DNA of 64,000 nucleotides from an uncultured Solirubrobacteraceae bacterium (GCA_963826995.1 CAWGYZ010000006.1:269917-333916), one strand, 5' to 3'. Shown: positions 8,539-16,972, counted from the first letter of the stretch. Made by a program: numbers and translations. The notes: a model not told the origin generated them from the sequence alone.

Positions 8539-9939
8539 TCAGTAGCGGAACCTCACCGACCACTGCTTGTTGTTGCAGGACCAGGACTTCTTGGGGCTCG
8601 TGTTGGTCACCTGCACCTCGAGCCTGTCCCCAGGCGCTGCGGCGGTCGCAGCTGTGGCCGCGTTCGAGCAGACCCCTTTGCTCGTCGATGTGACCGTGCA
8701 CGAGAGCAAGGTGGCGCCGCTCGTGTTGTCTATGACGGTGACGGTCGCCGTGTCACTTCCGCTCACCACAGCGTTCGTTTCGGCATACAGGTTGGACACA
8801 CGCCCGCCGTTGTCGGGCATACCTGCGAGCAGCGGGCTGAGCGAGAAGCCCGTCGTTTTGGCCGGGCAGTATCCGTTGCCCTGACCCGCCAGCATCGTGT
8901 AGTTCAGGCAGTTGCCGTTGGGCACACTCTGAGCGCTTGCGAACGTCGCGACGGCGGCACTGCCAGCCGGGCCGGTCGGTCCTGTGGGGCCGGTTGCTCC
9001 GGTGGCCCCTGTTGCTCCGGTTACGCCCTGGACTCCGGTCGGCCCTGTCGCACCAGCCGGCCCTGTCGCACCAGCCGGCCCTGTCGCACCAGCCGGTCCG
9101 GTCGCACCGGCAACGCCTTCGGCACCGTGTGGTCCTTCGGGTCCGGTCGGTCCCGTGGCGCCTATGACCGATGCCGTGTAGGTGATGGTGACGCTTCCGG
9201 TGCCCGTGCCCGCGCCGGCGCTGGTCGCGCCGCAGGTGACGTCCGTACCGCCGCAGAAGTCGGTGCCGCCGGCGCCGCCGCCACCCCCAGTGCCGCCACC
9301 GCCACCGCCGACGTAGCCTCCGCCCCCTCCTCCGCCGGCGCCAACGATCGCGGGTTCCGGTTCATTTACGTTCTCCGAATCGCTTCCGCTGCCTCCTTGT
9401 CCCGGCCCTCCGGCGCCGGATGGGGAGCCGCCTTCAACGATGCCGCCTGCGCCTTCCGAGTCATCCCCCCGCTTGCCGGCCGCTCCTCCATTACCCCCAG
9501 AATTGATGCCCAGTCCGTGGGACCACCCACCACCACCACCACCACCGCCTCCGACGAGCACCGGCGAGGAGAAGTCTTTACTGCGCGCCACGCCCGAGGC
9601 ACCCCCTCCGGCGCCACCGTTTTCGATGCCCCCACCGCCTCTGCCCCCACCCTGGGCCACGCAGACATCGAACACTTCTTTCGACGCCACACCGATGGTC
9701 GCTGCCACTTCGTCGCCGCTGCCGCCGGTGCCCCCTTGGGAGCGACCCGCGCCCGTTCCACCGGCGCCGCCGACGGCAGTCACGCTCAGCTCGCTGACGC
9801 CCGTGGGGACTTCCCACGTTTCGCAACCCGCTGAGGTGAACACCTTCGTTTCTGCGAACGCATTGGCGCTCCACGCAAGCGAGGCAATAACGCTCAGCAG
9901 CACTCCGGCGCCTACGCGCAAACAACGTGACGGTCCCAT
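8539..9939 (-). CDS. secreted glycine-rich protein with collagen-like G-X-Y tract and beta-rich C-terminal domain
   Basis: ATG at 9939 is preceded by GGAGGAAGGGAG. Signal peptide [30 protein letters not shown] poly-Gly-rich domain follows ([30 protein letters not shown] ... GGGGGGGGG runs). Then come about 22 G-X-Y triplets ([67 protein letters not shown]) and a ~140-aa C-terminal domain. The upstream 117 codons of the tracked ORF were rejected. Confidence 0.7.
   Translation of the reverse strand: MGPSRCLRVGAGVLLSVIASLAWSANAFAETKVFTSAGCETWEVPTGVSELSVTAVGGAGGTGAGRSQGGTGGSGDEVAATIGVASKEVFDVCVAQGGGRGGGGIENGGAGGGASGVARSKDFSSPVLVGGGGGGGGGWSHGLGINSGGNGGAAGKRGDDSEGAGGIVEGGSPSGAGGPGQGGSGSDSENVNEPEPAIVGAGGGGGGGYVGGGGGGTGGGGGAGGTDFCGGTDVTCGATSAGAGTGTGSVTITYTASVIGATGPTGPEGPHGAEGVAGATGPAGATGPAGATGPAGATGPTGVQGVTGATGATGATGPTGPTGPAGSAAVATFASAQSVPNGNCLNYTMLAGQGNGYCPAKTTGFSLSPLLAGMPDNGGRVSNLYAETNAVVSGSDTATVTVIDNTSGATLLSCTVTSTSKGVCSNAATAATAAAPGDRLEVQVTNTSPKKSWSCNNKQWSVRFRY
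9041..9112. repeat. 18-bp tandem repeat x4 (3 perfect + 1 degenerate), coding for GATGPA collagen-like units
   Basis: GGCCCTGTCGCACCAGCC occurs at 9041-9058, 9059-9076 and 9077-9094, followed by GGTCCGGTCGCACCGGCA at 9095-9112. The repeats are in frame within the collagen-like CDS. Confidence 0.9.
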
Positions 9940-10201
9940 CGCAGGACTCCCTTCCTCCGTCTCAGGGCGCCAGATGAGGCTCCCCCCAATGGCGAGGACC
10001 ATACTCCGATGCCGCGTTGAGGGTGCGGCAATCGGCTCGATTGCCACTCCACCCGTCGTCCCGCCGTAGCGCGCGCACGAGATTTGCTCCGCTCGGTAGG
10101 CAGGTGTGTCGGCGACCGAGTACCGCGCGCCTTCTCCGGACGACGGATGAAAAACAAGGGGTTGAGGTTTCGTTTCGCTCGCACTTTGCGACGATCTTGT
10201 C

Positions 10202-10433
10202 CATCGGATCGGTCGCGGACGCTCCTCGCAGGGCGGCAGATCGGCTCGTGTGGCTCCGTTTTGGCTCGAGCGTTGCTCGACCGGCCCCATGCGCAGGGTT
10301 TTCGCCCGCGCGGGCTCAGCACCGGCGCGCTGGCGGCGGCTTGTAGGAGCGGCCCGTATGTGAGATCGTTGTTTCGGGCGCGAGCCGATGACGTAGCGAA
10401 GCGCAGACGTCAGGGGCTTGTGGTCTGCCGCGC
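10202..10433 (+). repeat. copy B of the ~231-bp direct repeat, equal to the 3' non-coding end plus last 8 codons of the resident IS110-family element
   Basis: See copy A. The terminal 36-bp block (10398-10433) contains the transposase stop codon (10410-10412) and the last codons ARQTTSP*. The same codons can be read from copy A. Confidence 0.55.
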
Positions 10434-11678
10434 AGCTTCACCCTTTGTGGGTTTATTTGATGCGCGCCCCGGTGTCACACTCGCGCCCACCTTCACCGCC
10501 TGGCTTGAATGCCAGTCGCGAACGGTTCTTGCGTAGGCGACCTCGGCTTGGCGGGTGAGCTCGCGCTCGGCTTGGCGCACCGCATCGTTGGCGCTCCAGA
10601 TGCCGGCGGCCTTGGCGGTGTAGCGCTCCGCGCCGGCGGTGATCTCAAGGCGGCGCAACTTCTTCTTGGTCAGCGAGGGCTGCTGGTAGGCGTAGTCCTC
10701 TTCGCGGGTGAGTAGGCACCAGAACAGGCACGCGAGCTTGCGCGCAGCGGCGACGATCGCGACAGAGTGTCCGCGGCGTGCGTGGATGCGCTGATAGAAG
10801 GCGTGAAGGGGACCGGGCTGGCGCACCGTCGTCCAGCACGCCTCCACCAGCGCGTGACGCGCCCTGGATGAGCCCCGCTTTGAGATGTGCCCGTGTGTCG
10901 CGGGCCCCACACCGGACTGGCGCACCCGAGGATCGAGACCGAGGTAGCCGGCGAGCTTGCGGGGGCTCTCGAAACGGTTGATGTTGCCGATCGCCGCCAT
11001 GAAGCTCGCGGCCACGATCACGTTCACCCCGGGCACGCTCATCAGGCGCTTGATCTCCGCCGATTCCATCGCCGCTACCGCGATCAGCCGCTCAACCTCT
11101 GAGATCTCCTTCTCGAGGAACTCGATCTGACGCATCGCGGCGCCGACCGTCTCTGACTCCTCGAGGGGTAGCTTGAGCTCCGAGAGCCATTGGCGGCCCT
11201 TGACGCCGAACACGTCTGCGAACGGCGGCCGGCCAACGAGCTGGCGCATCAGCACCGCGTGAACCTGGTTCTTTGACCGGCTGCGCGCCCACACGAGCTG
11301 TGAGCGACGCGACAGGCGCCGGCGCATCATCCAGGTCCACCGGTCGGGCATCCACACGCCGTCCAGGGACCCGGCCGCCAGGAGCCTCGCGAGCGTCCTT
11401 GCGTCGAGGCGGTCGGTCTTCGCCCGGGCCTGGCGGATGCCGGTATCGCTCGGGCTCACGACCAGGACCTGTGCAACGTGCGGCTCGATGATCCTCGCTA
11501 TCTCCCACGCGTTCCCCGTCACCTCGAGCGCCACCCGGTCATCCGGGGCAAGGCTCTGAGCAAACAACTCGATCTGCTCGGGCTTGGTCTCGATTCGACC
11601 GGCCGAGCGGAGCTCTCCGTCCTCGACGATCGCGACCTCACAGAAATCCAGATGCACATCCAACGCGACTGATCTCAT
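10410..11678 (-). CDS. IS110 family transposase/recombinase (DEDD RuvC-like N-domain + Tnp C-domain)
   Basis: 422 aa. N-terminus [22 protein letters not shown]...[10 protein letters not shown]...TDRLDA (DEDD-type). The C-domain is [66 protein letters not shown], the classic IS110 Transposase_20 block with the SG motif. RBS GGAGACAGCG lies directly upstream of the ATG. Confidence 0.9.
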   Translation of the reverse strand: MRSVALDVHLDFCEVAIVEDGELRSAGRIETKPEQIELFAQSLAPDDRVALEVTGNAWEIARIIEPHVAQVLVVSPSDTGIRQARAKTDRLDARTLARLLAAGSLDGVWMPDRWTWMMRRRLSRRSQLVWARSRSKNQVHAVLMRQLVGRPPFADVFGVKGRQWLSELKLPLEESETVGAAMRQIEFLEKEISEVERLIAVAAMESAEIKRLMSVPGVNVIVAASFMAAIGNINRFESPRKLAGYLGLDPRVRQSGVGPATHGHISKRGSSRARHALVEACWTTVRQPGPLHAFYQRIHARRGHSVAIVAAARKLACLFWCLLTREEDYAYQQPSLTKKKLRRLEITAGAERYTAKAAGIWSANDAVRQAERELTRQAEVAYARTVRDWHSSQAVKVGASVTPGRASNKPTKGEAARQTTSP

Positions 11679-12253
11679 CGCTGTCTCCTTCCACGCACTT
11701 GACAGGATGGGAGACGCCGTCGGCTAAACGACACCAACGGATCCGCGCTCGGAGCGCAACCGGACAAGTCGCAGGGGCGGCCATTGAAAAGCCCGGCTCT
11801 GACGCCCATCGTCGCCGATCGGCCTACCCACCATGCGTTCTCCCTGAGAGCCCCTGTCCCGGTCACCGGACCCTACCTACCGGCCGGAATCAGAACAACG
11901 GCCCTCGAGAGTCATTTTCATGCCCCGAGGAGCGGCAGTCTCGACCCCGGGGTGGCTCACGCCGGCCTTCGGGGCGAAGCAGGCATCTCGCGCGTCGATT
12001 CAGTGCGGGGCGGAGGAGCGGGGACGCGGTAGCCGCGAGCTACCCGCACGGATCTGGTCGCTGGGCCCCCGGTTGGACTTCGGTAACGGCGCCATTAGCC
12101 GCGGCCACGCACCAAAGCTAGAGTCAAAGGCGATGAAGCTCGGTCGAGCGCCAGCCCGATGAAGAACCCAAGCCCGGTCCTGCACGCGCTTGGACTGCTT
12201 GAGGCTCACGAGGCCGGAGTCATCGACTACCAGCACCAGAGAGGAAAAATGCT

Positions 12254-13180
12254 ATGCAAGCCATCACCGTCCGTGACCGCGACGCTGGTCTGGCTGGGCT
12301 GTCCTTGACGGACTTGCCCTACCCGCACGCCTCCGAGAACGACGTCATGGTGCGCGTGCATGCCGCTGGGTTCACCCCCGGGGAGCTGGCCTGGGCGGGG
12401 ACGTGGACTGATCGCAGCGGCCGGGACCGGATGCCGAGCGTGCCCGGGCACGAGGTGTCGGGTGTCGTCGCCGAACTGGGCTACGGGACCACCGGCCTGA
12501 CTGTCGGGCAGCGAGTCTTCGGGCTGGCCGACTGGACCCGCAACGGCACGCTCGCGGAGTATGTGGCGATCGAGGCGCGCAACCTCGCGCCGCTGCCAGC
12601 CGGCCTCGACCATACCGTCGCAGCCGGTGCAGTGATCTCCGGACTGACGGCATGGCAGGCCCTGTTCGACCACGCCCACCTCCTCGCCGGACAGACCGCA
12701 CTGATCCACGGCGCCGCGGGCGGCGTCGACTCGATCGCTGTGCAGTTGGCCCGTCAGGTCGGCTCGCGGGTGATCGGAACTGGCCGGGCCGCCGACAGAG
12801 ACCGTGGGCTGAACCTTGGCCTCGACGAGTTTGTGGACTTGGAGACCGACCGCCTCGAGGACGCCGGCGAGGCCGACGTGGTGCTCGACGTGATCGGCGG
12901 TGACATCCTCAAGCGTTCGATCGCGCTCGTACGCGCCGGTGGCACGCTCGTCACCACGATCGAACCGCCCACGATCCAGCCCGAGAACGGGCGGGCCATC
13001 TTCTTCGTGGTGGAGGCCGATCGTTCCCAACTCATCGAGCTCGCCGAGCGGCTGCGCGACGGACGACTGACTCCGAATGTCGGGGCCGTGCGACCGTTGG
13101 CCGAAGCGCCCGCCGCGTTCGGGCCCAACGCCCCGCATGCATCCGGGAAGACGATCATCCAAGTCACCGAGGGTTGGTAG
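12254..13180 (+). CDS. NADPH:quinone oxidoreductase-like zinc-independent MDR family oxidoreductase
   Basis: 308 aa. MQAITVRD...VMVRVHAAGFTPGE...VPGHEVSGVVAELG and ALIHGAAGGVDSIAVQLAR (nucleotide-binding) fit the MDR/quinone reductase pattern. RBS GAGAGGAAAAA lies upstream. Confidence 0.8.
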   Translation: MQAITVRDRDAGLAGLSLTDLPYPHASENDVMVRVHAAGFTPGELAWAGTWTDRSGRDRMPSVPGHEVSGVVAELGYGTTGLTVGQRVFGLADWTRNGTLAEYVAIEARNLAPLPAGLDHTVAAGAVISGLTAWQALFDHAHLLAGQTALIHGAAGGVDSIAVQLARQVGSRVIGTGRAADRDRGLNLGLDEFVDLETDRLEDAGEADVVLDVIGGDILKRSIALVRAGGTLVTTIEPPTIQPENGRAIFFVVEADRSQLIELAERLRDGRLTPNVGAVRPLAEAPAAFGPNAPHASGKTIIQVTEGW

Positions 13181-13315
13181 CCCACCACGAGCGACGACGA
13201 TCCTGGCACCGCTGGGCCAAGTTGCGCATCGTTGTTGCGCCAAGCATTGGACCCCAGAGATACTTGGTGCCATAGCGCATAATCAACGAACAGCCCATTT
13301 GCAGGGCCTTTATAA

Positions 13316-13359
13316 TCGGGGAGACAGGATTTGAACCTGCGACCGCTCGGCCCCCAGCC
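13316..13359 (-). repeat. 44-bp copy of the 3' part of tRNA-Pro (island-distal att-type direct repeat)
   Basis: TCGGGGAGACAGGATTTGAACCTGCGACCGCtCGGCCCCCAGCC matches 21577-21620 (acceptor 3' strand, T arm, variable region, 3' anticodon stem and part of the loop) with one mismatch. Identity stops at 13360. Confidence 0.85.
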
Positions 13360-13440
13360 AGACGGATGGGGTATCGCTCGGTTGATAAGGCCCGGATTCA
13401 TTGGGTTTCGTGCTTCCGAGTGTCGCGCAGTTTTGCTCAG

Positions 13441-13464
13441 TTTGTTCCCCGTTTTGTTCCCCGT
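13441..13464 (+). repeat. two tandem copies of TTTGTTCCCCGT (third copy at 21503-21514)
   Basis: The two exact 12-mers start at 13441 and 13453 and overlap by their shared boundary T (13452), giving TTTGTTCCCCG-T-TTTGTTCCCCGT. They lie 82 bp inside the island-distal junction. Confidence 0.8.
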
Positions 13465-13515
13465 AGTGGACACATGAGCCACGTCTAACGGTCACACGTC
13501 CTCTAGACTGACCAC

Positions 13516-14067
13516 ATGACTCAGCTTAAGCAGCTGGCCGGCGAGTTGGGAGTTCACGAGCGCACACTGCGGCGTGCGGTCGAGCAGGGGACCCTGCGGG
13601 GCAAAAGACTGTCCCCGAGGACCCTCGAGCTGTCCTTGGCCGAGCGACGCTATACCCGCCAGGCATGGCCGCTGCTCAGCGCCCTGCGGAGGGCTTTGCG
13701 AACCGAGCAGAACGTCCGCTTCGCCTTGCTGTTCGGCTCGGCTGCCACCGGGGCTGATATGCCCTCGAGCGACGTCGATGTGCTGGTCGAGCTGCGCGAC
13801 GATAGCCTCGAGCGCGTCGTCGACCTGGAGACGAAGCTCACGGCAGATGTCGGGTGTCAGATCGATCTGGTCCGGCTCTCAGACGCCGAGCGGGATCCTG
13901 CGTTCCTCGCGGCCGCCCTTGCCGACGGACGCGTACTCGTCGATCGCGAGCAGCTGTGGCCGCGCCTGCGGGAGCGCGAGGCGAGCATCCGCCGGCATGG
14001 TCGCGAACAGGAGCGTCTCCGTACCCGCGACGCCCTTACCGGCATCGATCGCGTCATCGCCGGCTGA
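13516..14067 (+). CDS. HTH-fused minimal nucleotidyltransferase (MntA-like antitoxin)
   Basis: 183 aa. N-terminal HTH-like segment LKQLAGELGVHERTLRRAVEQG, then LLFGSAATGADMPSSDVDVLVEL (the GSxxxGxxxxxSDxDxLV minimal-NTase motif). The stop TGA (14065-14067) lies 2 nt before the next ATG. Confidence 0.7.
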   Translation: MTQLKQLAGELGVHERTLRRAVEQGTLRGKRLSPRTLELSLAERRYTRQAWPLLSALRRALRTEQNVRFALLFGSAATGADMPSSDVDVLVELRDDSLERVVDLETKLTADVGCQIDLVRLSDAERDPAFLAAALADGRVLVDREQLWPRLREREASIRRHGREQERLRTRDALTGIDRVIAG

Positions 14068-14069
14068 GG

Positions 14070-14588
14070 ATGCCCAGAGCCAAACCGCGAACGGCGGACC
14101 TCAATCGCTGGCGCAAGAACATCGTTCGCCGTCTCGAGGACTTTCCACGTCAGTACGCGGCGCTTGAGAACTCAATGGGCATGTTTGGCGAGGATTTCGA
14201 TCTAGGGCCCTTCAAGGAGGCGTTCGACACGGCGGATGACATGGACGCCTACAACCAGGTGCAGGGGGTCGAGCGTGCCGTCACTCGAGTCCAGAACTTC
14301 ATTGCCGAGCTCTCCGAAGACGGCGTGAAGCTCGCGCAGCTGCCTCCGAGCACCGGCAAAGGGCCTGGCTCGCCCGCTCAGCGTGCGTTTGAAAGCCTGC
14401 GAGATGCGGGAGTCATCGATGGTGGCGTCTGCCGCAGGCTTGTCCGGGCACAGAACGCGCGATCGCGCATCGAGCACGCCTACGTCCACGTCCCGGCGGG
14501 GGATGTGCATCGCACGGCGACACTCGTGCTCCTGGCGGCCCGCGACTTCATCGGTCCTTACCGAGTATGGATCGCGGGCTATCTCTAG
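14070..14588 (+). CDS. HEPN domain protein (HepT/DUF86-like toxin candidate)
   Basis: ATG at 14070 with GAGG upstream, 172 aa. The C-terminal LRDAGVIDGGVCRRLVRAQNARSRIEHAYVHVPAGDVH contains an R-x4-H-x-Y HEPN motif (RSRIEHAY). It is immediately downstream of the MNT gene. The first 72 codons of the tracked ORF (13854) were rejected. Confidence 0.55.
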   Translation: MPRAKPRTADLNRWRKNIVRRLEDFPRQYAALENSMGMFGEDFDLGPFKEAFDTADDMDAYNQVQGVERAVTRVQNFIAELSEDGVKLAQLPPSTGKGPGSPAQRAFESLRDAGVIDGGVCRRLVRAQNARSRIEHAYVHVPAGDVHRTATLVLLAARDFIGPYRVWIAGYL

Positions 14589-14730
14589 GTGGATTGGGCG
14601 TCCGCGATGCTTGGGCCGCTCGCACGAGCGTACAAACCAGGCGAGACCTTGGCCGCGGTGTGATCCCGGAATGCTACGCCCGACTCCGGCGAGGGCCTAC
14701 TCGCGCGGAAGCACCCCGCGCTCGCAAGAT

Positions 14731-16125
14731 CTAAGCCGTTAGCCCTTCGTTCATCTGCTCGATGAACTCGCCGATCGCATCTGGATCCGTCATGTCCACG
14801 CCGGCTTCTTTGGCTGCCATCGCGAACGCCTTGGCCGGACCCCACGAGTCCGGGTCGTCCGCCGATTCGAGCATCTCGTTCCTAAACCGCTTGACCGCGG
14901 TAACGGCTTCGCGTAGCGCCGCGGCGGGGATGCCTCGGCGATGGCCGGCGAACTTGACCCAATCGCGGAGCACCTCCGGCACTCGCTCAAAGAACTCCTG
15001 TTCAAAGGTCGCCTTGCGTGCCAGCCAGCTCGTCATGAAGATCTCGACGACGACCGGGCTCCAGCGCAAGGGGCCGCCGTGGTTGTAGCCGACGCCGAAC
15101 TCGATCGCCAGTTCAGCGACATTCTGAGCCACTTCATCCCCGCTCCAGCGCTGTCCCTCGGGTGAATCAACAAACTCGGCGAGCAGCTGCTCGGAGTCCT
15201 CCGGCGTGAACTCCCGATCTTCATCTGGCAATGAGCCGCCCACAGGTAGGGTCGCCGTTCGCGCATTGATCAATGCTCGCAGCGGGCGCACCTCGTCGTT
15301 GACTGGCGGATCGAGTGTGTGATCGAGGATGTCCAGGGCACGCTCGACGCGGGCGCGCGCCTCGGCGAGATCGAGCTCGCGCAGCTCCAATCGCTGCTGA
15401 TTCGCGCCGTGACTGCCCATCAGCTCACTCACCGACCTCAGCGACCCTGCGAGGAATACATCCTTCACGAGCCCGCCCATGTTGTGATCGATGTAGATAC
15501 CGAGTGTGTGCGGCTCCTCGCCCGGCGCGCGGAACTCGACAATCACTGTCACGCCGTCATCGAAGCCGTCCTCTTCGCACATCAGCAGCGCCCCCACGGG
15601 ACGTGCTTGGCCGAGCGACCCGATCCACGGCGGATCGGCCGAGCCTGCTCCCGCGAGGCGGTCTGCAGCCTGCCGCGCGAGCGGCGCGTAAGACTCGGCT
15701 CCGACAGCTGCGAGCGCGCGCAGCGTCGCCAGTGCACCGTCACCGCCGCGATCCTCAAGGGCACGCACAAGACCACACCCGAACAGCTGGTCGGCGTCGG
15801 CGTCGCGCACGAGACCGGCCCGCCATGTACCGGCGAGCCCCGACGCCCACTCTTCGGCATCCCGCGCGTCGTGCGGTTCTCCGGCTCCGGCGACGGCGAA
15901 CTCGGCGACCTTGCCGAGAATCTCCGCAAGTTCGCGATCCATCTCGGTATCACTCGGCCGGGCGTACTGGGCACCCCGGCGCCCAGTGGACTCAGTCGAA
16001 CGCGATCTCACCTTGCGCGCCTGGCGGCGCTGTTGCTGGCGGTGGCGCTTCTCGCTCACGGATGTCAGCGTAAAACTCCGACCGGCTGGAGGCTCCACGC
16101 GTATCCGCAGACTGCGGGAAATCAT
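14731..16125 (-). CDS. hypothetical protein with Arg/Gln-rich N-terminus (orphan, start uncertain: 16125, GTG 16059 or ATG 15942)
   Basis: 464-aa ORF with protein-like, acidic composition over about 400 aa (…DAEEWASGLAGTWRAG…HTLGIYIDHNMGGLVKDVFLAGS…RWSPVVVEIFMTSWLARKA…). The N-terminus carries EKRHRQQQRRQARKVRSRS. I recognise no catalytic motif. Confidence 0.6.
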   Translation of the reverse strand: MISRSLRIRVEPPAGRSFTLTSVSEKRHRQQQRRQARKVRSRSTESTGRRGAQYARPSDTEMDRELAEILGKVAEFAVAGAGEPHDARDAEEWASGLAGTWRAGLVRDADADQLFGCGLVRALEDRGGDGALATLRALAAVGAESYAPLARQAADRLAGAGSADPPWIGSLGQARPVGALLMCEEDGFDDGVTVIVEFRAPGEEPHTLGIYIDHNMGGLVKDVFLAGSLRSVSELMGSHGANQQRLELRELDLAEARARVERALDILDHTLDPPVNDEVRPLRALINARTATLPVGGSLPDEDREFTPEDSEQLLAEFVDSPEGQRWSGDEVAQNVAELAIEFGVGYNHGGPLRWSPVVVEIFMTSWLARKATFEQEFFERVPEVLRDWVKFAGHRRGIPAAALREAVTAVKRFRNEMLESADDPDSWGPAKAFAMAAKEAGVDMTDPDAIGEFIEQMNEGLTA

Positions 16126-16448
16126 AAGAGGGCGTCAGCGGACGTCGACCAGCAGCGAGGCGTCGCGGTCCCGCATTGCAGTGGTTGCACTGGGCCTGCC
16201 TATCCGTTGAGCCGCGGCAGGAGGGACTGTAGGTTGCCAACCTTGGCGCTAGGCTCCAGACAGCACCTCCTCTCTTGTCCGAGCGGACGTGTCTGGGAGC
16301 CACCGTCGGGTGGCTCCCCGCTTTGCCGGGTGACGTCACCCCTCGGCTCTAAATCACCTACTCGGGAGCTCGGGAACATGGTGCTGCCGATCTGCTCCCG
16401 AACGGGCGCGATGATCCCGCCTCGGGCGCGTGGGAGTGCACCCCCGTG

Positions 16449-16972
16449 TCATGACTCCGATTCCACGGCGCGTTGAAGATACTCGCGGTCCTTCGGTCGA
16501 TCGGCCTGACGCTTGGACTCGTGGACATCATCAAGGGCGGCGACTGACACGACGACAGTCGTTTCAGCGACCGTTGCCTGGCGCGTGGCTCCAGATCGGT
16601 GTAGCCGTGCGGGAAGCCGGCCGGCGTGAAACAGAGATCGAGCTGGCCGTGTCGGGTGGCGAGATTCCAGAGGCTGGCCGAGCGAAAGCTGCGCTCGGTG
16701 AAGTAGTCGGGGGGAAGCGGTACCCAGCTGCCCTCATCGGCCGGGTCGGTAATGAGTCGGCAGTCCAGTTCGTTCAGAGCGTCGCCAAGCGCGGCCAGGT
16801 TCTCCGGCGTGGTATCTGGAGTGACGTCCATGTCCCGAGTGTCATAACGGAGGCCGTGCGATTGGATCGCGGCGCCGCCGATCAAGACAAACGCCACACG
16901 ATGACGAGCGAGCACGCCGAGCAGAGCCTCCCGGTCGGGATCTATGCCACCGGAATCTGCTCGCTGAGCCAC
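16449..16972 (-). pseudogene. small nucleotidyltransferase-fold protein, apparently frameshifted near 16575-16585
   Basis: The tracked frame (16358-16972) reads ...HRVAFVLIGGAAIQSHGLRYDTRDMDVTP...GYTDLEPRA and then degenerates. A second frame continues TVAETTVVVSVAALDDVHESKRQADRPKDREYLQRAVESES* and stops at 16449-16451. That ending is the one expected for this family (...L.D...SK.A..RPKD...L). Confidence 0.5.

Larger units (their letters stand above)
10202..11700 (-). mobile_element. IS110-family insertion sequence, minimum extent (3' end supported by the repeat boundary; 5' end not determined, may extend toward ~12.2 kb)
   Basis: The transposase CDS plus 208 bp of downstream non-coding DNA. 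The outer edge coincides with the start of similarity to copy A (both end ...CGACCrATCCGATG in transposase orientation, after which the flanks differ). No terminal inverted repeats were seen, as expected for this family. Confidence 0.55.

Noticed and set aside
6827-8701. 624-aa minus-strand ORF
   Set aside because: It is antisense to the FG-GAP gene and runs on through IS debris into the end of the collagen-like gene. It has low-complexity Pro/Arg/Ser composition.
9041-9112. Tandem 18-bp repeats considered as a possible CRISPR-like or minisatellite array
   Set aside because: There are no spacers between the units. The units are contiguous, in frame, and encode GATGPA triplets of the collagen-like protein. 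No cas genes are in the window.
10239-10389. 9-bp long-range complementarity (GATCGGCTCG at 10239-10248 vs CGAGCCGAT at 10381-10389) that could close a ~130-nt RNA domain in the IS110 3' flank
   Set aside because: The pairing is not maintained (no covariation) at the aligned positions of repeat copy A, and a 9-bp match in 200 bp of GC-rich DNA is not very improbable. It was not used as evidence for structure.
11731-11750. GATCCG-containing segment about 60 bp upstream of the IS110 start codon, considered as a subterminal inverted repeat matching the 3' end (CGACCGATCCGATGG)
   Set aside because: Only about 9 of 16 positions match. This is too weak to place the 5' boundary of the element.
12000-12236. 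78-aa minus-strand ORF starting MLVVDDSGLV, reminiscent of a response-regulator N-terminus and divergent from the oxidoreductase
   Set aside because: The similarity is limited to about 6 residues, and the rest (…SLKQSKRVQDRAWVLHRAGARPSF…PRPRSSAPH) has no receiver-domain features. It is treated as non-coding or possibly a decayed remnant.
13360-13515. Minus-strand frames reading ...TTGNKTGNK... / ...GEQNGEQ... next to the tRNA fragment, considered as the C-terminal tail of a lost integrase
   Set aside because: No integrase-like ORF or motif (R..H-x-x-R..Y) continues upstream in any frame. The repeated words are simply the TTTGTTCCCCGT 12-mers translated.
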